Source of the DNA: Amphiscolops sp. MND2022
Taxonomy: Eukaryota
Direction of reading: 5' to 3'
Assembly (NCBI GenBank): GCA_964187785.1
Contig: OZ076409.1
Location: 8,062,001-8,126,000 of the forward strand
Length of the DNA stretch: 64,000 nucleotides
Shown: one piece after another, positions 11,701 to 23,700 of the stretch
Layout of the letters: each line of letters opens with the position of its first letter
How positions within the stretch are numbered: the stretch's first letter is position 1
Position numbers and translations under genes: made by a program
Notes under the pieces: model-generated
Seen by the model: only the letters and a program-made list of their open reading frames with translations
What the model was told of the DNA's origin: nothing
Databases searched by the model: none

Positions 11701-14700
11701 CTGTGGAGTTATTTCTTATTAGTCAACGTTCTGGTGTAAGCTGAGTAAAAAAATTTTTTAGTTCCAATGCCTCTACTTTTTGTGTTGAAGTTAGGAAAAC
11801 TCGTCGAAAACACCTCGTCGAAAACAACTTGCCGAAAACAACTGATCGAAAGTACTAGACGGAGAACTCGTCGAAAAGCAACTCGCCGAAAATTTGACAA
11901 ACTCGTCGCAACAACGGAAAATAGTCTCAGACAAATATAGCGCTAACTCTGTGGTCATTCTGTGTTATCAACTTCCAACCTATTATGAAGTATTACACTG
12001 ATAACTATAAAAGTGAAATATTTCAAGCAATTTTAAAACTAGAAAAGCTATATTATGCTCGAAACTGAAAATTAATTTTAAAAAATTAAGCCATAATTAG
12101 CACTATTGGCGCAATTTCAGAAAAATAGTAAAAAAAAGGAATATCATACAGCGGTGTTAACGTTACAAAATTGTCAGGAAGGAGATTTTCCCAAGACCAG
12201 TAGTTTTGGGATATTGAGTGACAAAGTTCAAAAATGCCCAATCTTAACTTTCCAAGTTTTTATTCGTTTTCGAAACAAAATATGTTGATCAAAAATCTAC
12301 GAAACGTTTACTCCTACAACTTTTTTGTAAAATGCGTATCCTGAAAATGTGCTTTTCAAGTTTTCGCTTTGGATATTAGCGGTCTTTACCTTTTTGGTGC
12401 CATTGTGTGTGTATGTATTCATATGTATTTGAGCCGCCTATTTGCCAAGGTGTTGAGATAGTTACCCCTTCGGTGCTTTTGTAGCACACTTTTTTCTTGA
12501 GTAATCCAATGAGCTGATTGCGCATAATGAGTCCGTGGAATCTGACGTTGCTCATGGGCTCGTGTGGGTTGGATTTGATCTCGTTGTATCTGTTGAACAG
12601 CTCTTGCGCAAAGTGTTTCTCGGTTCTGCAGCAAAACAAACAGTTGTGAGTTTGAGGGTTAAGTTCAAAGGGCACAAAGCCATTACTTAACCTCGACAGT
12701 ACACCGAGAAGTTGAACCAGGGCCGCATCTGCGGTAAAGGATGGGCTTAGGTCTTTTTTTTTCTGACTCGCTTCAATTCCACAAAAATAGATGTTTTCTG
12801 CTCATTTTTGGACTAATTTTGGCTTTGCTTTGCAGATCCCATTCGTACAATTTTGGTGCCATTGCTCACATAGGACTCTAATATGGTGTAAAATGACTGA
12901 AGAAATTTTCGTTTGAATCGTATCGGCAGTTTTTGAGAAAATTGAAAAAAACTTCCAAGAAAAGTTTTTTTGGTCATTTTCGGGCTAATTTTGACTATGA
13001 TTCTCATATCCCTGTAGCACAAATTTGATTCCATTTTGAACACAGGAGAACCTTAGGGTGTAGAGTGACTGTGCAAATTTTTATAGAAATCATATGAACA
13101 ATTTTTGAGAAGTTTGAAATTTTCATTGAAAGGTCGGGAAAAAACGATACGATTGCATAAGAAGTAGTCGAAAATTTTTTCCAACTCCAAAAAATGGACA
13201 ACATTTTTTTCAAGTTTCATTTTTCCACGAATAATAGCCCCAGCGCAAATCGGTTCCAAATTCCGGCCGCACTTATAGCTGAACCTTCTTTTAAAAATTT
13301 TCTATATGTGTTTTCAATGGTGGCCTACTGTGTTATTAGAGTGGGACAGTAACTTAGCAAACAGTTGCTCAGTTATTAGAGAAAATTAGAGAAAAGACTA
13401 ATTTTTTGGAATTTCATTTTTTTGCAAATTTTCATCTCTTCCAGTTATTTTTTCCGGTGGCTCGGAAAAAAGACTTTTTTGACGCAAATAACTCACCCCA
13501 GTTAGTCCAACAGATTGTCGATAAAAAAGACGAAATTTTCCAATATGTTTTTGTGTTTCGTAATTTTTAATTGATTGCGAAAAAATTCGCTATCGTCATT
13601 TCGAGGTTAAGAAAGAAGAAAGATTTACATCTTGTCAACGGAGTTGGTCCTTCGCTGGCTCGATCTCATTGCTGGCGCCTCTGAAATTGAGTGGAGCTGA
13701 AACGTGCCAAAACATTTGTTATTCACTCAATATGTGGATAAATTTTAGTTTTTATGCAAAGAAGTTCATCTCGATTGTCCAAAAATGAACTACAGCTAAT
13801 GGACTTCGGTCTCTTTTCTGCTTTCCCCGCACCACCAATTGTTTTTGGAAAATTAAAAAAAATTATAACAAAAAGACTTGATTACAAACCAGAAACTTTC
13901 AATTTTAAATTACTTCCGGAGTGACAGTTTGGAATTGAGATACAAACTTTGTTCACACTGTTTCCTTGTGAATTCACGCAGTCCTAACAAGGAGATCAAC
14001 AGCTTCCTGTTTCGAGTCATAAAAACAGTGAATACGATCAAAATTACAGTCAAAATGCGTGAAAAATGTTTTGTTCAAACAAAAAATTGTTCTAATAAAC
14101 GTTAACTTACTGTTAAAAAAGAACTTTTATATTTAGACTAACCTGAAAATTTCCAGAAAATTCACTCTCAAAAAACTTGATAGTGGGAGGCAGAAAAGAA
14201 CCGCACTTCGTTTAGAAGCATTTGATTACCCTAATCGAGATTGCTTGAACTTTTTACATGCTGCAATGAAACATGCAGGCTAATTTTTTTTTACAAAACA
14301 TGGAAAATTCCGGGAGCCTGCTTGGAAAGATTTTGTAGGATTACAATGCAGCGTCCACTATTTGAATTAAAACTGAAAACATTTTCACTTCTTCACCACC
14401 GCGATCACTTCGTTTTCACGCGTAAGTTTCTCAAGTATTTTATGTAATCACCGTTAGTCAGATAGCACGCTGAAAATGACTCTACTTTGAAACTTATAAT
14501 GTGACTGAAGTTTGTTTGCATTGAAAGCGCGGTGAAATTGATGACGGTCTCAGCTGCTTTCAAATTTAGAACGGCGTCTTAATGAAACCTGCAACACTTA
14601 GCGGCGCAGAATTGCCGCCAAATTTAGCATGCATCTTATAGGCAGCTTGATAAAATTAAATCGAATCAGTGAAGTTTTGATGCATGGACGTTTCTTCGAG

Positions 14701-17700
14701 AATTTTATAGAATCTTGGAAAATTAGCTTGGTAGCCTACAAAAGCATGTAAAAAGTTCAAGCAGTTCCAACCAGGGTATCTTTGATTGTTTTTAGTCGGC
14801 GTTTTCGAAGAAAATCCCGACTCTTACAGTGGCTAGTTTTTTTCGTCAGTTCAACGCGTCCACTTTTTGTGCATTAATCCAATTAATGCACATTTACCAA
14901 CTTTTACCATATGTACTTAATACTTCATTTTCAACGCATCCAAAGCGTCTAACATGAGAAAAAGCGTCCCCCCTTTACATTTTCGGCACTATGCGACTTA
15001 CCGGAAACTTCGAAAAAAAATAAAAAAAAATCGGAAATTTTTTTTCTCAATTTTTAGTTTTTTGAGACCTTTTGTTGTCTCCATATGTAGAAAAAGTGGT
15101 TTTCGAGTCTTTTTGAGCCTTAGATATGGCGCCGACTTGGGCCGTTCCCGGCTTGTTGGTAGATAGTTTTTAATTTCTCTGGTATATACAGAATTAAACT
15201 TTCTGGCTTTTTCCTCCAATGACGGTCGGGTGTTTCGGACGGAATTAGAATCATAGTTCGGAAATGTTTATTTTTGAGAGTAAACAGGCGACCGCTAATT
15301 TGGCCGATCCGATCCGATTAAATATGATTGGATATCCGTAAAAGTTTTTTCAAATTTGTTATGCAACTAAATTCGCAAAAATTATAGTTTGTGAATTATA
15401 TCAAACAATAAGCAAAAATTTGTTCGTGAACACTCTTACTATTTCTCATTTCAAAAGATACGAAAAATGAAATGATTTTAAATCAAAATCAGCTCCATTT
15501 CGTGATCTCTATGACAATAATTTCATTCTTTTCAAATTATAAACGCCATTTTAGTTCTTATTCCGCTGATCTGAAATTATTTAGTCGGCCAATTGCACAG
15601 TCGGCAAATTGCACAGTCGGCCAAAATGCGGTCGGCCAATTGACCTAGCACCGAGTGAACAAGGTGATAATAACTGAACTTGAGGATCTTTTCTGTTTCA
15701 ACAATTTTTTTGAAAAATTTGTGAAAATCTTATAACAAATCGACTTGAATACAAACCAGAAAGCTTCGGTTTTAAATATATTCTCAGGGTGATAGCTTAG
15801 GATTCAGATACAAATTTTATTCACACTTTTCCCTATGTAGTTACCTATTTTTGATGAACAAATCAACAGCTTCCTGTTTTGAGTTATCAATAAACACTAA
15901 ATACGAACATAATTATAGTCAAAATGTGTGAACAATGTTTTGTTCAAGCGGAAAACTACCCTAATAGAAGTTAACTCCCTGTTATGAAAGAAGGTTTTAC
16001 TCTTAATTAGGTTACTCTAAAGTTTTTAAGGAAAGTTATTTTCAAAAATTTTTCCGCTGGGGGGGGTTACAGAAAAGAGCCCAGCTTGAAAAACGAGAGC
16101 TGTGACGTAAGCAACGAACAAAGAGAAGAGCGTACGTACCCTGTATCGAATGTTCTGTGCGACTAGAGTGGTGGGCACCTTGTCCACGAACAGTGACTCC
16201 TCCATGTTGGTGTCGGGGTGATCTGGGGTGACCACCGGGAAGGCGTTATGTTTGGTCTCCATCAGTAGTCGCATCACGTGCTCCAGGGTGCTGTGAGGCA
16301 TCAGACACCGCAGCTTGTGCTCCATTATGTCCCGCGCCTCCAGACTGCACAGGGAGGGAAACACAAAAGGAAGGAAAAAAGGGGCTCATATTATACAGAC
16401 TTAATATCGGACCACGTGTCTAGTTAAACCATTATAGCTGTTTCAACACGTCCAGCAAAAAAAATTACCCCATTTTTGACGTTGATGTTCAAAATAGCGA
16501 AAATTCACACTTGCTACAAGCTAAAGTCGATAGAAAGGTCCTATTTCAACGCTAATTTTTCTAGTTTTTTAAGGCGTAGCTTTGGGGAATTGAAAGTATG
16601 GGTTTTTCAAAAATCGGCTCATCAGGAATTAGCTTGCAGCGTAATGCTGAAGAGCCTGCTCATGATGCAATTTTCCCTATATTTAGTGGGTAACCTAATG
16701 CCCAATTACTTTCTGAGGGAATATTTCCAGCCTTTTGCTACTTTCGAAACTCCTGAAAACTGTTTTCCTTATTCGTAAATAAAATTTATTCTGAACATTT
16801 TTTGATCAAGTGAAAATAACACCTTCAGTGTCAAGTCTCGTTTCAAAATGACACTGTAGCTGATGCAAACGAGTATGCATTCCACTAAAGAAGTACTTGA
16901 AGTCTCTTGAACTGTTTGTTTCATGAACGTTTGGTTTGCAGTGAGAGTTAAGTAGCTAAACTTGCTTCATCAGCTCTTGGCTTTTTAGAAGCACTCTTTG
17001 AAAATTAAAATAAAGATTTTTTACTTGTTCATTGTGTAATCCAACAAGCGGGTACCGGCTCAAGTCGGCGCCATATCCAAGGCTCAAAAATAGCACAAGG
17101 ACTTCCAAATGTCAATTTACTCGAAAATCGAAAATCCAAAAAATGGACCGCTAGCCCGCCGGGGACACTTCCGAAATTGTCAACATTTTTGTCACAGTTG
17201 AAGGGGGGACCCTTTTGCGAAAAAACAAAATTTTCCAAAAAGGTCTCACAATGCCGAAAAATTGAAAGAAGGGACCCTTTGGGGTTTTCCAACATTTCAT
17301 TCTGTCGCAAAACATCAAAAAAGTGAAGGAGAAAAAATTTTATTTTCGGAAAAAAATCTCACAATGCCGAAAAAAACTGAAAGGGAGGACTTTCAAGAAC
17401 TATTCTGGTCAGTTCGTGTGGATTGAAAAAAAGAAACAAGAGTCACTATGTTGTAGACTCGATAAAAGGTTTAAAGTAGGATGCTCAAGTGAAGAAAGTG
17501 TAAGTATTGTAACATACAAAGTGTAGCTGTCTTCAACGTAAAGTTAGCATCAACTGAATATAGTCTAGAGAGTACTGTAAGTTCATTGGCAGGTACCTAA
17601 TTACTGTTGTCTAGACTATTCTCTCTTCATTCCCCCCTCCTCGGGATTGATGTAAGCGATCTCAATTCTCGCCGGGTTTCTTGTTAGTTCCCGTCTTTGT

Positions 17701-20700
17701 TGTGTTCTTTGGGCTGCGGCGGGAGACGTTGGCTCTTCCGATGTTCTTTGATTTTGGATCTAAATTCAAATTTTATTAGAAATATTCTATTCCTCCCATT
17801 TTTACTACTCTTTTTGCAGATTTTATTCTATCTGATCTGCGAATCCCTTTTTCTCTCACCTTGTTTTTTGTATTCTCCCCCCCTCTAAATTAAGTTCTAC
17901 TACACCTCTATTTGGGGACATGTGTATTTTTTGTGGCGATCCAGTTGGGGTGTTGTCGAAATCCTTAGCAGTACGCTTTGTTTTCTCCGTGCTGCAGTCC
18001 ACTGGTGGAGATATGGCGGGAGTTTCGTTATCTCGAGTCTCTTCTGTTGGTTTCACGGCATCGTCGTATTTAATTTCGGCCGTGATGGTTAATTCCGGAT
18101 CAATGTTTGCCGTGCTCGGTAATTCATCCGCGTGTGATGATTGGCTATCGGATATTACCGTGATGTCCGGTCGTGTTTCAGGCCTTTCAATTGGCATTGT
18201 GGGAATTGTTTTGTCTGCGCTCGTTGATTGTCCCTGTTGTTCGGAACGGATTCTTTTGTGTGTGTCACATAGATCATCATGGCTGAATCAGCCGCATCTG
18301 GTGCATCTGTTGGTGGGTTTCCTCGGCTCTTCTGTTTTCTTTGCTGGCTGAAATTTAAGGGGGTTAGATGCTAGTTTTTGTGGATAACTTTTCCATCGGT
18401 TGTAGTTATCGTATGTTTAGTCTCATTAGCTGCGGTTAAATTTTTTTTGGTTTTGAACCTGCATTTCATAGCATTGGGCTTGGTTTCCTTTTCAAAAAAT
18501 TGGTAACTTTCAAAATTGTCTCTTACCGATCTACCCCTCTTCATTGATTCATTGAGGACCAAGTAATCTGCAAGTTCCCCGTCGGAATCATGGACTGTAA
18601 AAACTTGTAGCTCCGCCGGTTGTGCTAAAATATAATTAGTTAAAGTTTTCTTCCAGTCCGCTAATAGGCAGGTGGGTTGTCCAATCAGATTGGTGATCGG
18701 TGTGCGTGGTTTTCTTCCGTGATGTAATTGAAAGGGAGTCATTTTCAGTGTGTTATGTGGTGTTTGTCTAATTGTTTCAATTGCCCTTGCGACGCTTTCT
18801 TCAAACGTTAGGCCGTCTTCTAAATTGGCTCTTGTTAATGACTTAATTGTGCGTATTGTTCTCTCGACCAATCCGTTTCCCGTATGTAAATTTGGGGTAC
18901 ATCTATTTCGTTAAATGTTTTCACCGTTGCAGTAATCTTTAAACTCGTTGCTTTTAAAACAGCTACCGTTGTCGGTGCGTATCGTTTTCGGTGTTCCGTT
19001 GTCGTTGCAGTATTTTGTTAAAAACTTTATTACGGTCCGGGAGTCCGTATTTTTACAAATTTGTGCGGTTGGCCATTTGCTAAAACGGTCGATGGCTACT
19101 AAAATGTAAATGTCTCCCCGCGATTTTGATTTGATTGGACCGGCGAAGTCCAATTGGATTTCTTCGCCGGGTTCGGTTAAAAGTTCGAGCCTATTTATTT
19201 CCGTTTGCGGTAATTGTGTTTTTAAATTCTTACCTGCTACTCGGCAACTGGGGTAGTTTTCCGCCTTTTCTCTAATGTCCCGGTGTAGTCCCGGCCACCA
19301 AAATGCTTCTGCTGATTTATCCATTTTGTTAATAGAGACATGGCCGCTGTGTAGCATGGCAATTATGGTTGACCGCATTGCTTCTGGGATGACGATTCTA
19401 TCATTATAGAATAGTAGTCCAAATCTGGTCTCCAGATGCTCACGGTGTGGTCGGTATGGGTAGAAGATTCCGTCTCTTTTTCCAGCTTCCAGCGCGATGA
19501 TTGCGTCAAGTATTTTAGCGTCTTGCGCAGTTTCCTCAACTAGTAGAGGTAAATCCATGGAAAAGTCTCTTTCGGCTCTTCTAATCATTTCTGCTGTTTT
19601 CTCGTTTCGTTCTTCTTGCAGGACATTTCGCTTCGCTGTTTGTTTCAATCTGATAAGATTGATGCTCTCATGTTTTTTGAACTTTTTGAGGATGTTCGTT
19701 GGACACTTTTCGGTTTTTATGTGTCTAATCTGGCTTTCGTTGTCTGACGAGGTATTTATCCAAGACTCGTGTAAGTTTTCATTAAATTCCCTGAGTGGGG
19801 TGGTCCCGAGTTTCTCGCAATGGTAAAAAAATCTATTGTAAATCAAGATGTTTAATTTCTCAATTTCTTTTCGATCTTGTTGCGAAGGACGATATTCCAA
19901 TATCCGCTCGTTGTCCTTGCTTTTTCCCACAATTCTGGTTCGATTCGGTTGGAGAAGTTTAAATCGTTCGATCCGTAGGCGGCTAGTTTCTGGGGAGTGT
20001 CCCCGTTTTTTAAAGATAAACTGTAAATCGATTCCGTTTACTCTATCCATCTTTGACATTTTCGGTGCTTGCGAATCAAAGTTTGAATTGTTTGGTGAGT
20101 CAATATCTTTTTGCAGTGAGAAAGTTTGGATTGAATATTCGCGGTTGTTTTGTTTGCGTACTTGCGTTCTGCGTTCTGATTGGTCGGAATTCTTTACCGG
20201 TGGTGGTCGCCGTATGTGTTGCGTAATACTGCCGTTCGTACGATTGAACTCGAATAGGCCGTATATCTGATTGATTACGAATTCCTCTTCGGCTTCAATT
20301 TCATCGCCTTCGTGTGGCGTTTCCGTTTCGTGTTCGTGTATGATCGGATGACGGCTTAAGTATTCTGTTAATGGAATGTTTTTACCAGCGGTATATTGCA
20401 CGTTGACATCGAAATGGCTCAAGCGGTCTAGCCACCGTGTTAATCTTTCGCTGTATTGTTTGTGCGCCCTGTTTCGTTTTAGCAGTGGTTGTAATGCCTG
20501 GTGGTCGGTCAAGAGGTTTACTTTTTTTCCGTAAACGTAATATCTAAAATATTCGAGGCCCCATAAGAGGTCTAGTAATTCTAGCTCATTTATGGCATAT
20601 TTTCGTTCACATTCGGTGAGAAATCGGCTGGCAAACGCCACCGGTCTGAATGTTTTGTTTTCTTTCTGCCATAGGGTTGCCCCTAATCCGGTATTACAGG

Positions 20701-23700
20701 CGTCGGTGGTTATGAAATTATCTTTCTTTGGGTCGAAGTGTGCTAGACATGGTGTTTCGGTTATTTCCGTTTTTAGTTGTTCAAAATCATCGTTTATTTC
20801 TTTTGTCCATTCCCATTTTACATCTTTCTTGAGTAGTTTTCTCATTCTATCGGTCTTTTTAGACAAGTTGTTCAAAAATTTTGATAAATGTTGTATTGAG
20901 CCCAGAAATGATTTTAGCTCTTTTGTGTTTGTGGGGGCTTTTAATTTTGTTATAGCCTCGGTTTTATCTTTAATTGGCTTTACCCCTTCTTGGTTTATCA
21001 AGTACCCCAACCAGGTTAGCTCTTTTTTGAACAGTTCTGTTTTTTTTTCACTCGCTCGGTAACCGGCTTCTTGCAATTTTGTTAGAACTTCGCGTAGTTC
21101 TCGATCGTGTTCTTCTATCGTTCCGTTTGTGACGCAAATGATGTCATCTAACCATACCGGCGTTTTAAATTCTAGGACCTTGTCTATATGTTCTTGAAAT
21201 TCCGTTGGTATGTCTGATAGGCCGTAGAATCCCTTCTTGAACAGGTAGTGTCCCGTGAAATCGCCGCCAATAATGGAGAACACACAATGTCTTGATGCTT
21301 CTGCGGATAGTTTGGCCTGTCCGTATGCATAATCTAAATCAACCTTGGACATCCAAATTTCGCCGTTATTTTGTGTAATTTTTGCAGAAATTTGACTGAT
21401 TAGTTCCTCCATGTTTGGCATTGTTGCTTTTCTTTTTATGCAAGATTCGTTTAGTTTCCGGGAGTCTAGTGCAATTTTTACTGATTTGTCTTTTTTGATT
21501 GTTATAACGGCTGGTGAGACAAAGCAGTTTTCGGTTGTTTTTATCAGCTTTTTCCAAATGTCTTTTTTCGATTAAGTTCTCTAATTCTTTTTTCACAATT
21601 TTTTGAAAGTGTATTGGTACTGGTCTCCCCTTTTGTTGTATCGGTTTTGCGTCTTTTTTCAATTGAATGTCTATGGTTAAGTTTTTTATGGTGTGATTGT
21701 TTTTAAAAAGGTTCTCGAAATCTTTAAAATTTTTCTCACCTTGTTCGTTTGTGGTTATGCTTCTGATGATGTTTGTTTCGCGGCTTCCTTGCAAACCGAT
21801 TTCCAATTTATCTAGCCAATCCAATCCTAGCAGGGGTTGTGTATTCTTTTTCTCGGTTATTAGGATTGGCAACATCACTTTTGTTTTCTCTGTTTTGACC
21901 TCAACTATTGCCTCGCCTTTGAATTCTATCGGGTTTTTGTTTACGTCCACGAAACACTTTGAAGTCGCTTTGATTTGTTTTGGAGTGATAATTGGTGGGA
22001 TAATCGTTACTGGATAGCCGGTGTCAATTATGAATTCAATTGGTTGTCCGTCCACCAATAGGATGGCTTTGTAGAAGTCTACTCGATTTATGCTGTTGAC
22101 GGACTGAATGTGGTCAATTTCTGGCCATGATTCCGTGTTGCTACCGGTATCTTCCTCTTGTATCCGGTTTACGGTTCTTGATCGGCAAACCTTTGCAAAG
22201 TGACCGGACTTTTTACAATTGTTGCATTTCGCCTTCCATGCTGGGCAGATGTGCTCGCGTGTCCAGTTGGATTTTCCGCAGAAGTGGCAATTTCGCTCCG
22301 TGTTTTTCTTTTTAGCCATGAACGTGGCCTTCTTCTTCGTTGCGGGTTTTGTGTATCCGACCTGTTCCTCGTCTGATGTGCTTTCGGATGGATTTTTTCG
22401 CTGTCTCTTGGAGGTTGTTTGTTTGTCTCCATATTTACGGTTATAGTTGTCCAGCTCAATGGTCTCCAATATCAGTGATAGCTTCAGTGGGCCTTTGATG
22501 AATTTGTCTCGGGCCTTTTTATCGTTTATGGTTGCTGCAAATTTGTATGTAATGATGTCTTCGGGTGTGATGGTGTTAAATTCGCACTTTCTTTCAATGT
22601 CTACCAGCCTCTTCCAGTACTCGTCTAGGGTTTCGCCATCTTCTTGCTTGATCTTAAAGAATTGGGCCCGGCTGTGGAATACATTCCTGGTTGATAGGAA
22701 GGTCTTTTTGAATAGTTTCAACAACTCTTGGAGACTAATATCTTTAAGTTCCTTTCCCCATTGACCTCTCATAATTTCGTGCTTTGCTTTTGGGCCCAAT
22801 GCCCATAAAACGTCACCTTTGATATGGTAGGTTGTATGAGGGTCCATAGAGTCCGTCCCTTGTTCCATCAACTCGTCCAGTTTCTTTTGGTATGTCAAAT
22901 CTATGTATTCGGATATTTGTTCCCACCACATTTTGGGATTGGCTTTTGATAGGTCAGTTTCTCTATCCGATAAGATCGGGATCTTGTACTTGTTTCTTTC
23001 AGTCCTTTCGACTGTTGTTTGGTTGACCGCCATTGGGTCGGTTTCGTTGTTGTTGCTCGGGTTTTCCATCGGTTTTCTTTTCTTGTTCGTACTTCTATGA
23101 CTGCGCCATGTTTTTGACTCGATAAAAGGTTTAAAGTAGGATGCTCAAGTTAAGAAAGTGTAAGTATTGTAACATACAAAGTGTAGCTGTCTTCAACGTA
23201 AAGTTAGCATCAACTGAATATAGTCTAGAGAGTACTGTAAGTTCATTGGCAGGTACCTAGTTACTGTTGTCTAGACTATTCTCTCTTCACACTATACCAG
23301 TCGCGTTTCACTTCATGAAGCGCCGACTAAAAATGATACGTTCTCGACCTTAAAGGAAAACTGTTCGATGGATCGGGATACATTGTTCCAAGGAAAAAGA
23401 TTTTTATGAGTGGTGTCAAAAAAGAATTTTTAAGTTGTGGGAATTCAGGACGTGGCATTTCCAAAAACCTGCTCATTAGGAGTTAGACTGCCGCGTTATG
23501 TTGGAGGCACTCCTGTTGCAGCTATGCCACCTTTTCTGTTGGGTAATAAATGCACAATATTTTCTAGAATTTTTTTCCACAATTTTGCTGTGATCAAAAT
23601 TCTCGAAAATGTGTTTATTTTCACTAACTTTGATTTTTGTTGACTTTTTTAAATAGAGATAACAGCTTCAGGGTAAAGGGTGTGATAATAAACTACTCTG

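Larger units (their letters stand above)
17449..23289 (-). mobile_element. Full-length Ty3/Gypsy LTR retrotransposon, young
   Basis: 181-bp LTRs (17449-17629 and 23109-23289; TG...CA; 4 mismatches seen), 5-bp TSD CACTA, PBS TGGCGCAG, PPT GGAGGGGGGAA, gag-PR-RT-RH-IN order. Confidence 0.97.
17043..23331 (-). mobile_element. HINE family 1 copy split by the Gypsy insertion (17043-17448 plus 23290-23331)
   Basis: Removing the Gypsy rebuilds GAGTCACTA-TA..AGTCGCGTTTCACTTCATGAAGCGCCGACTAA, as seen at 5038-5082. Confidence 0.85.

Noticed and set aside
11790..11910. Short AAAACTCGTCG-type repeats (and GTCGGCCAATTG at 15583-15650)
   Set aside because: Probably subterminal repeats of degraded DNA elements; boundaries could not be supported
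17856..18197. Possible env or third ORF in the Gypsy
   Set aside because: Low-complexity hydrophilic tail with no signal or transmembrane segment; probably the frameshifted integrase C-terminus
17920..23100. Plus-strand ORFs over the Gypsy element
   Set aside because: Antisense shadows of gag-pol
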